From: Paramoeba atlantica
Lineage: Eukaryota; Protista; Discosea
Assembly: GCA_977017575.1 (NCBI GenBank)
Contig: CDRNVI010000043.1
Location: forward strand, 124,001-188,000
Direction: 5' to 3'
Length of the DNA stretch: 64,000 nt
The position numbers and the translations under genes were made by a program. The notes below the pieces were generated by a model. It saw nothing but the letters and a program-made list of their open reading frames with translations. It searched no databases and was not told where the DNA came from. This document shows, in pieces, positions 23,194 through 34,900 of the stretch; the stretch's first letter is position 1, and each line of letters opens with the position of its first letter.

Positions 23194-24285
23194 GATTTGT
23201 GCCCCACCCCGACAAATGCTCGTGCCCGACCGTTGAGGATACGGCGGGTGAACTTACCAGGCTCTTCTCCGAATTCATCTTTATTCTTGCGAATGGAAAG
23301 TGCAAGTGCAGTGGAAAGAACGGATTTACCGAGACTTCAAATTCGGAGGGGAAAACACGTGTTCGGAACGGCAGCGCCTTTGGCAAGGGAACAAACGAGA
23401 TCAAACCTTTTATGCGATATACTCGGACTCAACCCAAAGGATCCGCACGGTCAGATCGTTCGGAAAGCAATCGAGCCCATGTGGGCAACAAGTACGTGGG
23501 GAACGAGGGAGAGGCTGTGGCTCCGGATGCAAGACTTTTGTGCACAACGTCACCTATCTCAAAACGCGCTCAGTGCGGTCAGGTTCGTAGACTCATTGAA
23601 ACTAGCGACGTCGACACGACTGGCCTACGCAAGGAATCTGCAGACTCTTATTACGCTCATGGGGGCCGAAGCAACCACATTGAATATGTACGGAAAGGCG
23701 TTGCAAGCGCAAGGCGGACTAAAACCACAGAGACAAATGCTTGCAATTACTCCCGTCCTTCTAAGACGGTTGAGAAGAAGTCTAACAACATCCGAGAGCA
23801 TGACGGCTCTTTTGTGCTGGAAAACGGCAGCTCGTTGGACGGAAACGGCGGAACTCTCGACAGAACAGATATTAAAGGTTACTCCCGAAGAGGTGGTGAT
23901 TTACTGGGGAAGAGCAACGAAGTCAACGAGAATGAACCCCTTTCGACCGTATATGTACGCGATTGTGACGGGCCCCGGAACTGCCGAGTTAGCGGACTAC
24001 ATGAGACGAATACCCCAAGGGTGCAGAATGTGCTACACGGAGGTATCTCGAATGGACAGCAAAATACGCGAAATCATGGGAAATGGCTATGGGACGCATT
24101 CAATAAAAAGGGGTGCAATCACGTGGCTGTTCCAGGAAGTGGCTCAAGGGAATCTAACGATATCAGAAGTTCAGAACATGACCAAGCATTTAAATGTCGA
24201 AAGTCTGTTAAGATACAATGCAAACCAAGTAACGACGGCCAGAGCGCTCGGAACGCAACGTGTATCGGCGAGACTCCCGGCATGA
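23194..24285 (+). CDS. Tyrosine recombinase of YR element 3, in the gag frame directly after TAG
   Basis: TAARW, ATKST, THSIKR, TKH...LLRY. Confidence 0.88.
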   Translation, partial: DLCPTPTNARARPLRIRRVNLPGSSPNSSLFLRMESASAVERTDLPRLQIRRGKHVFGTAAPLAREQTRSNLLCDILGLNPKDPHGQIVRKAIEPMWATSTWGTRERLWLRMQDFCAQRHLSQNALSAVRFVDSLKLATSTRLAYARNLQTLITLMGAEATTLNMYGKALQAQGGLKPQRQMLAITPVLLRRLRRSLTTSESMTALLCWKTAARWTETAELSTEQILKVTPEEVVIYWGRATKSTRMNPFRPYMYAIVTGPGTAELADYMRRIPQGCRMCYTEVSRMDSKIREIMGNGYGTHSIKRGAITWLFQEVAQGNLTISEVQNMTKHLNVESLLRYNANQVTTARALGTQRVSARLPA

Positions 24286-25601
24286 CAGCTGAACTGTTGG
24301 AGCAAGTTTACTCTGAGGTACCGTACTTGAAACGGCACTCGATTACTTGCGCGCGGCGCTCGTCTAAGCTGGCCACGGCAAAAGATTTTGAGATACCATT
24401 ACACGTGAAAATGAATACACCTCTAATGGATCTAAAGGTAGTGAAAGGATGGATGGACTTGCCAACCAAGATGCGCTTTCAAAATGTCATTGACGAACTT
24501 CTACACGTTCCTGAAATAGCTGAAAAAGAGCCGAAAGGACTCAATTCTCTACCTGTGTCCGATATTGCGCTTCTTTTGAAGGCCGGTATCATTTCTCAAG
24601 TTTCTTCTGAATGAATTAGAGCGTCGTCCTACAGCTCAATTTATCATCCCGTTTACTGTAGTGGAACAAGACGAATTTGGTCACGATCGGAGGAGATTTA
24701 TATCTTGGTCGCGCGGGGATAATGACCGGTTGAAAGATTATGTCCCTGATGTTCCCCTGCTTCATCCTAGTAAATATTTGCATCGAGTTGACGACGCTAT
24801 AGGAGTGAAAAGAGATTTAAGCTGTGGATTCTATCAAGTACCACTTCCTCTAGCTGCGCGTTGTAAATTTCGCTTTTCATCAAAAGGCCGTACTTATGAA
24901 ATGAACGTTCTTCCGATGGGGCATAGGTGTGCCCCAGAAATCATGCATACGATAACTTCCGCCCTTGGGGGACTTGTCACAGTGTGTAGCGCTAAATCTG
25001 CTTTTATACGAGGAGCTATGGATGTGTACGTTGATGGAGTTCGGTTTTCGGGAACTGTGGAACAAGCGCAGGAGTACGCACGCTTTGTGGATAAACGGTG
25101 CGATGAGATGGGAGGAAAATTCAAGGAGAAAGGTCATGAGCCGACACAGCACTATGTATTTAATGGAGTTCATTACGATCACGTCAATCACAAGGTCAGC
25201 CTGGGACCACGTGTGGTGCGTAAGTTGCAGAATGACCGATTTTACTCGTTAAGCTTCAAAGATCTGGAGGTGGCGGTGGGGCGCCTTCTGTACGCATCTG
25301 CTGTGCTTGGTATAGTCATTCCGCGATTTCATTTCGCTGTCAAGATTGTTCAGCGACGAATTAATTTGTTGAATCGATGTCCGTGGATAGGTAATAAGTC
25401 TGTTGACCTTCCACGAAAAACACGTATTATTTTGGCACAATGGAGGGATGAGGTAGTATTAAATACTCCGATTAAAGCTCCACTTCATCCAGATTTCGTT
25501 CCTCACAAACATCGTCTTTACACAGATGCTTCTCGCAAAGGGTGGGGAGGGATTCTGTATCTGGATACAGGAGAGGTTTTGATAACAGGCAAGCCATGGG
25601 A

Positions 25602-25809
25602 GAGAGCCAACGGGAGAGAGCCATTCAAGATTTCGTGCTTCGTTTGCAAGAACTCCACGGATCAGTCATTATCGGTCAGCTCAGAAAATTTTTCCTACCG
25701 TTGGAAGACGATGAAATGGCTTTCTAGGAAGGCAAGGAATAGCTGCAGAATCCTCACAAATCGGGGTGTATGATACGGCGTATGGTAAGTGTTTTTTGGG
25801 AAAGGTTCT
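25602..25809 (+). mobile_element. ~208-bp CRE-like 3' end inserted in the YR RNase H domain, 7-bp TSD
   Basis: CATGGGA at 25595-25601 and 25810-25816. Insert encodes QDFVLRLQELHG...QLRKF...EMAF*. Removal restores KPW-EAGTTYEVNNAE. Confidence 0.8.
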
Positions 25810-25892
25810 CATGGGAAGCCGGAACAACGTATGAAGTAAACAATGCTGAAGCTACGGCTGTAAGGTTGGCTCTTGAAGAATTCGGTGAGCAT

Positions 25893-27100
25893 TTTATAAA
25901 TTATAAGGGTCCATCGACCAGAAGAAACTTTTGAAATGGCAAAATCTTTTGACAAGCAAGTGCAAGAAGTTCTTACTGCATGGTTTGGATCGATGACACC
26001 AAAGCAAATTGCTTGGGCGCGTCTACCTGTGAAGAGCGGAGGATTGGGGTTAACGCCCACTGATCTCTTGCGAAAATCGGCGTATGAAGCATCAAGGCAC
26101 AGTGCTCTTGAACGACTTAATTCCTATTCAGTTCGAGCACTCAGTCTCACGTCTCCATCGCCGGTGGGAAATGAAGATCAGATAACCCCTCCCCACGATG
26201 AATTTGTAACTGAAGCAAAGCTTAACAGAGCTATTAAAGAATCGTTGAGTAAGGACCCGAAAATTGCACCAGTGCTGAGAGCAGCAAGTGAAAAAGGGAA
26301 CTCCGCGTGGCTTCATTCGACGGCAAAATTAGTGCCTTCCAAATTCTTCACATTAGCTTTGATGCCACGTCTTGGTCTAAGCCACCCTCGTATTCCCGAA
26401 AGTCTGCAATGCCCAGGATGTCGCACACTTCTGGATTCTTCATCAGCCTTTTCGCACATAGCTGGATGCATCCAGTGTTCCGGAAATAATACAACAATGA
26501 AACATAATAATCTGGTGCGTATTATCTATGAACTGTGTATGAAGGCGGGTGTGCCATGCGAAAGGGAACCTCGACAGTTTACTTCTTATAAATGCTCTAC
26601 ATGCGGGGAATCGTTCCCACAATGGCGAAAAAGTGATCATCAAAAAGTTTGTAGAAATGCGAGCCTCCATCGGTCAGGACCTGACATTGTAATACATTGG
26701 GCAACTGGGGAAATCTTTTATGACCTAACAATAATTCACGAGCTGGCGCCCACTAATGCACGGAAACGTAGCGGTACCCTGATGAGAGAGGCCATTACGC
26801 GCAAGCACAGCACATACGTGGCTTCCGGGATGATACCTCAAGAGCGTTTCGTATGCCTCCCAGTCCTCTCCGGTGGTGCTATGCATCACGGGCTCCGGCA
26901 CTTGTTGCATACGTTGGCGGACTGCAGCGGACTTGATAGGGTCCGAACACTGAACGAATTTTCTCTGTGCCTGTAGGAGTTAAATGGGTCGATTGTATTC
27001 TCTCAGCTGAGAAATTATTTATCTAATGACGATTCACAAAACATGGGCCTCTAGAATTTGACATTAAAAACAAAAACCTTGGAAACTTGAAGAAAAAAAA
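25893..27100 (+). mobile_element. 5'-truncated CRE-like element (post-RT, Zn knuckle, REL), premature TAG at 26974
   Basis: RVHRPEE...LPVKSGGLG, CPGC...HIAGC, KHN, PDIVI...YDLTI...RKH. Likely original end NMGL* at 27054. Confidence 0.85.
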
Positions 27101-27112
27101 AAGTATAATTAA

Positions 27113-28008
27113 TTGCGGTGGTTGTAAAACTACCGCTCTACACTCGATTATTGAAAAAAAAGTGAACAAAAACAGTGAAAATATAAAGAGGAACACAGTA
27201 ATATAATAGAAGAAAAAAATATAAAAGGGGGCTCCGGTGGTCCAAAACTGAAAAAAAAATTTGATAAAAATGGGGGGTCCATGGGGGGGGTCCAGGGGGG
27301 GGGTCCAGGGGGGGGGTCCAGGGGGGGGGTCCAGGGGGGGGGTCCAGGGGGGGGGTCCAGGGGGGGGGGGGCATGGTCGAGCAAATTTTTTCGAAAAAAT
27401 TAGTTTTCGAAAAAAAACCGCAGAAAGGGTAGCCGGGGTCTTGGCGCGCATTTTCCACCCCCCTACCCGGGGGTGACCGCCCCGCGTATCCGCAGGACGG
27501 GTCCGCCAAGTTCGGATTTTTTCGGAAAAAAATTTTTGAAAAAAATTTCAACTTGGCGAAAAAAATGACAAAAAAAATATTTTTCCAAAATCGTTTCCCC
27601 TATTGTATTTTGATAGTTTGGGACCTACACTAGCTTTCTACGCAGTTGTTTTCGCAAGGTATCACTTCTTCGAACTGTGGTGCGCCCCTCAAAATGACCC
27701 ACTTTTGACTAAAAAAGGTGAAAAAGTATTTTTCGGACCTAAAGGGGCATTTTTGTGTCGAAAGAATGGTATGGTTGGAGTCGCATTCTCTACCCAATAC
27801 GTTCAGTAGGCTTCCATTCATGCCTACTAGTGATTTCCCACGAGCAAATGTCGGATTTAGTGCTCTGAGAGCAAAAATATGCGAAAATGACCCCATTTGT
27901 ACCCGAAATTCGGCTATTTTTGGCTATAATCTTTCCGTTTTCTTCAGCTTTACAGGCCAAATTTTCTTTTTCAGGCTCTTCGTTAAACGCGGCGGTAGTT
28001 TTCAACGT
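27113..28008 (+). mobile_element. Mini Helitron2-like unit, inverted relative to the 8.3-12.1 kb array
   Basis: Reverse complement of the array unit; begins TTGCGGTGGTTGTAAAACTACCGC and retains one palindrome arm. Confidence 0.8.
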
Positions 28009-28911
28009 TGAAAAAATGTGAACAAAAACAGTGAAAATATAAAGAGGAACACAGTAATATAATAAAGGAAAAAAATATAAAAGGGGGCTCCGGTGGTCCA
28101 AAATTGAAAAAAAAAATTGAAAAAAATGGGGGGTCCAGGGGGGGGGGTCATGGTCGAGCAAATTTTCGAAACAAAACCGCAGAAGGGGTACCGGGGTCTT
28201 GGCGCGCATTTTCCACCCCACTACCCGGGGGTGACCCCCCCGCGTATCCGCAGGACGGGTACGCCAAGTTTAGGTTTTTTCAAAAAAAAAAATTGAGAAA
28301 AAATTCAACTTGGCGGAAAAAATGGTAAAAAAAATATTTTTTCAAATTTTTTTTCGCTATTGTATTTTGAGAGTTTGGGACCTATACTAGCCATCTACAC
28401 CGTTGTTTTCGCAAGTTACCCCATCTTCTAGCCGTGGCACGCCTCCCAAAATGGCCCATTTTTGACCAAAAATTGCGGAAAAGTAATTTTCGAACCCAAA
28501 GGGGTCTTTTTATGTCGAAAGAATGGTGTGGTTGGAGTCGTATTCTATACCCAATACGTTCAGTAGGCTTCCATTCACACCTACGAGTGATTTCTCACAC
28601 GCAAATGTCAGATTTAGCGCTCTGAGAGCAAAAATACCCAAAAATTTTACCCTAAAATCGGCTATTTTTGGCTATAATCTTTGTTTTACTTTAGCTGTCC
28701 AGGCCGAAGTTTCTTTTTTAGGCTCTTCGTTAAACGCGGTGGTAGTTTTGAACGCGAAGCGCGCAGCATGAGTGACTTCTAAGATCCTCTAAAAAATGAT
28801 CCTCTAAAATGAGATGAAAATCACATGTTCTTATTTTTGTGCTTCGAATTTTTTTGTTCATACATTTTTTTCACTGTTTAGCGCTTTTTTATTCATACTA
28901 TTATTCTTCTC

Positions 28912-31900
28912 ATGTCTTCTGATTCGTCGTGGTCTGTGTCGTCGGCGTCGTTGGAGGTGTCGCTTGCTGGGGCCGGGGGTGGGGGAAGCCAACTGAGCTC
29001 TAACAAAGCTCTGGGCGAAGCATATCGCGACTGCGAATGCTGCACTTTCTTTCAAAGAAAGAAAGGAAAGAAAAGGGTGCGCATGACCCTTAATCACAGT
29101 GCTAGCAAAGCACATAAAAGCTCAGCTCAAATATACGAGCTATGGCAACAGCATGTTGCTGAAGAAGGTGAATTTTACACCTGCCGAGAATGTGCTAACG
29201 CGAACATTCGGGTGGAATTGACAGCTCCCCTGATGAAGCGGCACGTAAATGAACATTTAAAAGGGTTGCATATCATTTGTGAACCTTGTTCGTTCTTCCA
29301 AGAGCTCATGGGAAAACCCCCCGTTTTGAGCGTACAAAAGCACGACGAGCGTGTGAAACACAAGCGTGAAAAAGAGATTTTTAACGCGTGGAAAGTCCTT
29401 CAAATTGAAGGAAGCATTGTCAATGGCTTTACATGCACGAAATGTGCCACAACACAGGGCGATCAAAACCATGAACATCGTACTTTCAAGTATGATGACA
29501 TGCGCAAACATGTTTTCGAACATGGGCGCGGGGATCATTCCCATTGCAAAGAGTGCTCCTTCTTCGAGGAGTTGCAAGGGAAACCCCCCATAAGACGTAC
29601 TCGAGAGCATCTCTCGAGTGCGAATCACAAAACCGAGAAGGAGATGTACGACATGTGGATGGACCTTGAGGTGCAAGGTACCGTGTCTGCAGGCTTTCGG
29701 TGCACGAAATGTGCCACGGCACAGGGCGATCAAAACCCTGAACATCGTACTTTCAAGTATGATGACATGCGCAAACATGTTTTCGAACATGGGCGCGGGG
29801 ATCATTCCCATTGCAAAGAGTGCTCCTTCTTCGAGGAGTTGCAAGGGAAACCCCCCATAAGACGTACTCGAGAGCATCTCTCGAGTGCGAATCACAAAAC
29901 CGAGAAGGAGATGTACGACATGTGGATGGACCTTGAGGTGCAAGGTACCGTGTCTGCAGGCTTTCGGTGCACGAAATGTGCCACAGCACAGGGCGATCAA
30001 AACCCTGAACATCGTACTTTCAAGTATGATGACATGCGCAAACATGTTTTCGAACATGGGCGCGGGGATCATTCCCATTGCAAAGAGTGCTCCTTCTTCG
30101 AGGAGTTGCAAGGGAAACCCCCCATAAGACGTACTCGAGAGCATCTCTCGAGTGCGAATCACAAAACCGAGAAGGAGATGTACGACATGTGGATGGACCT
30201 TGAGGTGCAAGGTACCGTGTCTGCAGGCTTTCGGTGCACGAAATGTGCCACAGCACAGGGCGATCAAAACCCTGAACATCGTACTTTCAAGTATGATGAC
30301 ATGCGCAAACATGTTTTCGAACATGGGCGCGGGGATCATTCCCATTGCAAAGAGTGCTCCTTCTTCGAGGAGTTGCAAGGGAAACCCCCCATAAGACGTA
30401 CTCGAGAGCATCTCTCGAGTGCGAATCACAAAACCGAGAAGGAGATGTACGACATGTGGATGGACTTTGAGGTGCAAGGTACCGTGTCTGCAGGCTTTCG
30501 GTGCACAAAATGTGCAGAATCACGGGGTAAAGCAAACCCTTCGTCGTACACGTTTATGTACTACTACATGCGCAAACATGTTTTCGAACATGGGCGCGGA
30601 GATCACGACATTTGTGAAGCATGCTCCTTTTTTTCGAGTATGCATGGACAGCGTCCTATCTTGAAAACTCGAGAGCATATTTCGAGTATCAGCCACGAAC
30701 ACGAACAGCAACTGTTCGAACTATGGCACGAGCTTCCCATAGCTCACGCAAGCGCAGGGACAGAATCCGGTTACAAGTGTGTTGCGGACGCTTGTTCCGG
30801 TGAAGTGATGAGCCTCGGCGCTGCAAGAAAGCACGTCGAAAAAAAGCATATGAAAACAAGTGAACAAAGCTGTGAAGCTTGTTCATTCTTTGATGCGGGG
30901 CGTGTGCCCAAGAAGCACAATCCTGCGAAGTGCTCTGAGCACAAGCAGTGGTACGCATTTTGGACAGAAAACGTCCTTGAAACAGAAAACATATACCAGT
31001 GCAAACTGCCTGGGTGTTCTGAAACACCTCTTGAAAAAGAGGCTATAACGAAGCATGTAGCACAACATTGCGAAGGAATGCATTTATGTATTCCTTGCAA
31101 TTACTTTGCTATCTTGCAAGATTTCCCGCCAGTCATGGTGAATACTAATCACGCGAATTCTCTGAAACATCGGGAAATGGCGTATCTACATCCGAAATGG
31201 GAGCTTCACGTAAGTTTCTCTGATGGATCGTATGTATGCGCACTGCACGCCATACGCAAACTAAGTGTCAAATCTATGATGCGACACATACTCAGTATGG
31301 GACACCCTTCACAGGTGCTCCTAACTGATATGAATGTTCCTCTGTGCGAAGTATGTACGTATTTCGCACAGATTCAAGGAACAACGGGTATTATCCCGGC
31401 AGATGAATACCATTTGGTGTCAAGTGAGCATACACGTTATGTTCAAACAAAAGTCGACTGGATCGAATTTGCCCTCCCCTGCGAACAGAACAAGTTCAAA
31501 TGCACTTTGTGCGCTACCGAACAAATGTTCACGTTTAAGGGGCTTCAAAAGCATTTTTACCGCCATCCGCGGCATGCTGAAGCTCGGGCTTTTCGACTTC
31601 GGATCACACAAGCTGAGCGCAACAGAGCTCATGCAGTATCGCAGGATGATGAGCTGGAACGTGTGAAGCAATGCTCCACGCTAACACTCACATCTTTTCA
31701 ACTGATTGAGAATATTCTCATCAATTCACACATTGTTTGTGATGAAACCCTCCAAAGCGATGGAGATAAAAGATGCTCTATTCAGAGACATCGTGATGGA
31801 CATAACGTCGTTTACGTTAAAGGCAATGGCGATTCTCTCGCCATGGTATGTCTGACTAAACGACGAGTGTTCACATATAATTGCGCAGCTTCTATGGAAA

Positions 31901-34900
31901 CACAGATAGCGGCAATTCGAACCGTCTACAATATTGGAAACATGGCTACTACGCCAGTTCCTTTAGTAGGAAACGATGAAGGTGAGCTCTCCCTGGGAGC
32001 CATAGCCTACACTATCACGCAAGACCGTGATTGGCCGAAACTGACAGAACGTGATAAACTTTTATCACTCTGGAAGTGGCTCGAAGCTTCACTGGAAAAA
32101 GGCGAAGTGGGGGTTATACCCCTCACTTTGTATCCACAAGAAAAGCGTACCAAAGAAGCATTCACAAGGCTAGATCATCCACTAAAATCAGTAGAGATTC
32201 TCTACTTTGTGGAAAATGTATTATGTAAAACCATTAACACACGACGATTTCCTGTGAAAGTATGTCCATTCAATGAATGTGACAAGTTCACTTCAAGGAA
32301 CCGTGTGGGTTTACACATATTTACATACTTGGAAACAGATGAATCATCGGGGCCCATATGGGTCCTTGTTTCCTTGAAAAAGAAGGGTGAAAAGAACGTT
32401 TATACGTTTATTACGAGTCCCTCTCTTGAAAATGAAATTGTTTCAATTTTGAATCAAGCAACTGTCACGAATGTGACGAATGCTAGCACTATTGACAGTG
32501 CAGCATATGCTATCATGCAGATGTGTGAAAATACCATCTTTCACACAAACGAAATATGCAAAGAATCTTCAGCCAATGAACTTCGGTACTGGCTTGAACG
32601 ATGTTGCATCGCGAAATGTATTGTCAATTTTGACACATACGAAGTCAATGGAGATGGCTCACGTCGAACACGTTTTGACATTGAGCGCAATCCAAAAGAC
32701 GCACTAAAATACTTCTATGAGACTTCCTACATTGATCGTCTTCCTTTGGAAGATTTTTCAGTCAGTACGGAAGCTCAAGAAGAGTGCATGAAAAGGTACA
32801 AAAAGAGAATGAACGACGACCAACGTATCACAAGTTGTGATTCTTGTAAAGTTATTCTTCTCGAAAGTGACCTTCCGAATCCCGAAGCGCAACTTTGTGC
32901 AAGGGATCAAAGAATAATGGACAAAAAAGGGAGAATTCCCCGCGGTCCAGTAGAACAACCTTCTACAAATCACCTTCCAGTACCCACGCTGGTAGAAGAG
33001 ATCCTTCTTCAAAAGGTGTTTTTACACTGCACAATCATCAGTGTACATAGGAAAGGTGGCGCATATGCCGCATCCTTAAGGCCAGACACGAAGTTCACTG
33101 GACACGTGACGGCTACAGCACGCGAAACCCTTGAGCTCTTGCAACTCGAAAGAGTTCCTGATCTCGAGGGCGCGATTAAGAACATCCAAATTGTTTGGAT
33201 AGCCAACGAACGGAGAACGAAACGTAGTCAAAGACTATGTTCTGCACAGCTGAGTGGCATATTCGGCGTGAAATCAGAGACCCTGAACACCTGGGTACAC
33301 TTCCTCTGTGAGCATAACCACGTGTATGCTCAACTGAAAGAGGAAGGAAAGATCAACGTTGTTACCGAGCAACATTGTAGAGACGTTGTCTCACATCTTT
33401 GGGATAGATCTGTTTCCCAGGAGGGTGAAAACGCCATCAACAGTATGGTCACCCAAGCAGTGGCTTCCGATACGTTACATCGCGATCCTCGCGGTGAGAT
33501 CACACGATCTTTTGTAACTGATCACAGCCCTGTAAGCAATGCGCCGGCGGGTGCGCAAATTACGCATGCCGTGGCGATGCAACTGAAACAAAAAGAAGGT
33601 TTACTCAATGAGTATACCGACATGGAAAACATCTTGCTCGGAGCATTTCCGACGCTGATGCAAAAGTACCCTTTTAAGGGTTCAACGTTTGAACTATATG
33701 AAATCAAGGAAATTCTAGAGCAATCGGATTCCCGATTTGCAAAGAATGCTGGATTCATATTTTACTGCTACGATGTGCTTCGGCGCCGTGCAGTCTCATC
33801 AGCAGTAGTGCAAAATCTGAAGTATAACAAAGATATGCACAGAAGCCTCATGAATTTTTGCAATGATGATGCTTTCTATCACATTGTGCAACAGGCTATA
33901 AGGAACCCAAACAGTTCCGAGGCGAAACTTCTGGAAACAAAGTTTCTGCCATTTGTGCAAGTATGCGCAAAAACGATACCCTTTTCGCCAGCAAAGCGAA
34001 AGGCATCACAAGGCCAGATCTACGCCTTATACAGGCGATACGGACTGCCAAGTTACTGGATCACAGTGAGTCCAAACATGAACGATAACGTTCTAGCTCT
34101 AAGAATCATCACAAATGATGAGAGCGAAAAAATGCAGGAAATGCGGGCCAACCTTCTCAAGCGATCTGAGCTTGTGCAAGGGAATCCTGTCAGATCCACT
34201 AGCATTTTCGAACGGCAAATCCGTACTCTTCTTACCGAATTGTACGGAATGTCGAATGTAGATGAGGTAAAGAAGGAACGTGACGTTCTTGAAGGCCTCT
34301 TTGGTCGCCCTCGAGCATTTTTTGGTGTTGTAGAATGCCAGAAAAGAGGTGCGCTACACTTTCATAGTGTGCTATGGACGAATCTTAGTCCACATTACGT
34401 CTCCGAATTAATTCACATTGTGAAGGAGCACGATGGTCTCGCGAAGTCTTTGGGTACGACGATGCGCGCTGATCTGCCCGAGTGGGCGCAAAGGATCAGT
34501 AAGGAGCTTTACGGCCATGCAACGCTCGACTACTCAAAGATGTATCGCGGAGGTCTACATATCATTCCTGATGAAAAGGATGATTATTTCAGGGAACATG
34601 TGGCCAAATGTGCTGTTGATGTTCAGCAGCACGTTGGTCACAGACCCATGTGTTTCAAAATGAAAGGAAACATTGGCAAGAACAAATGCCGATATGGCAT
34701 TCCATCCGTACTTCATGAAAATGAAACGGAAGTTAGAGAGGTTGAGGTTCAGATGGATGAATCCGGACAACCGGAATTCCGGCTCAAGGCTCCAACACGG
34801 CCGATTAAAAATGATACCATTTGGCCAGTACTTGATGAAAGGTCTCTGATTGTGCTTCTGCGCAATAACCAGGACCCGACACAACACACTAAACGGGGAT

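Larger units (their letters stand above)
23136..25890 (+). pseudogene. RT/RNase H frame of YR element 3; frameshift at ~24612 and CRE insertion in RNase H
   Basis: Open 23064-24614 with RT ATG 24282 overlapping the YR stop (ATGA). DLSCGFYQ, LPMG, YVDG, YTDASRKGWGG, NNAEATA. Confidence 0.8.
22021..25892 (+). mobile_element. YR retrotransposon 3 (gag-YR-RT/RNase H); 3' end replaced by CRE sequence
   Basis: Left junction fixed by comparison with the uninterrupted CRE copy (GATTTC|AGAATT at ~12711 vs GATTTC|TATAAG). Confidence 0.88.

Noticed and set aside
29257-30535. 406-aa and ~80-aa alternative or antisense ORFs over the 267-bp repeat
   Set aside because: One stop-free unit repeated automatically gives long shadow ORFs.
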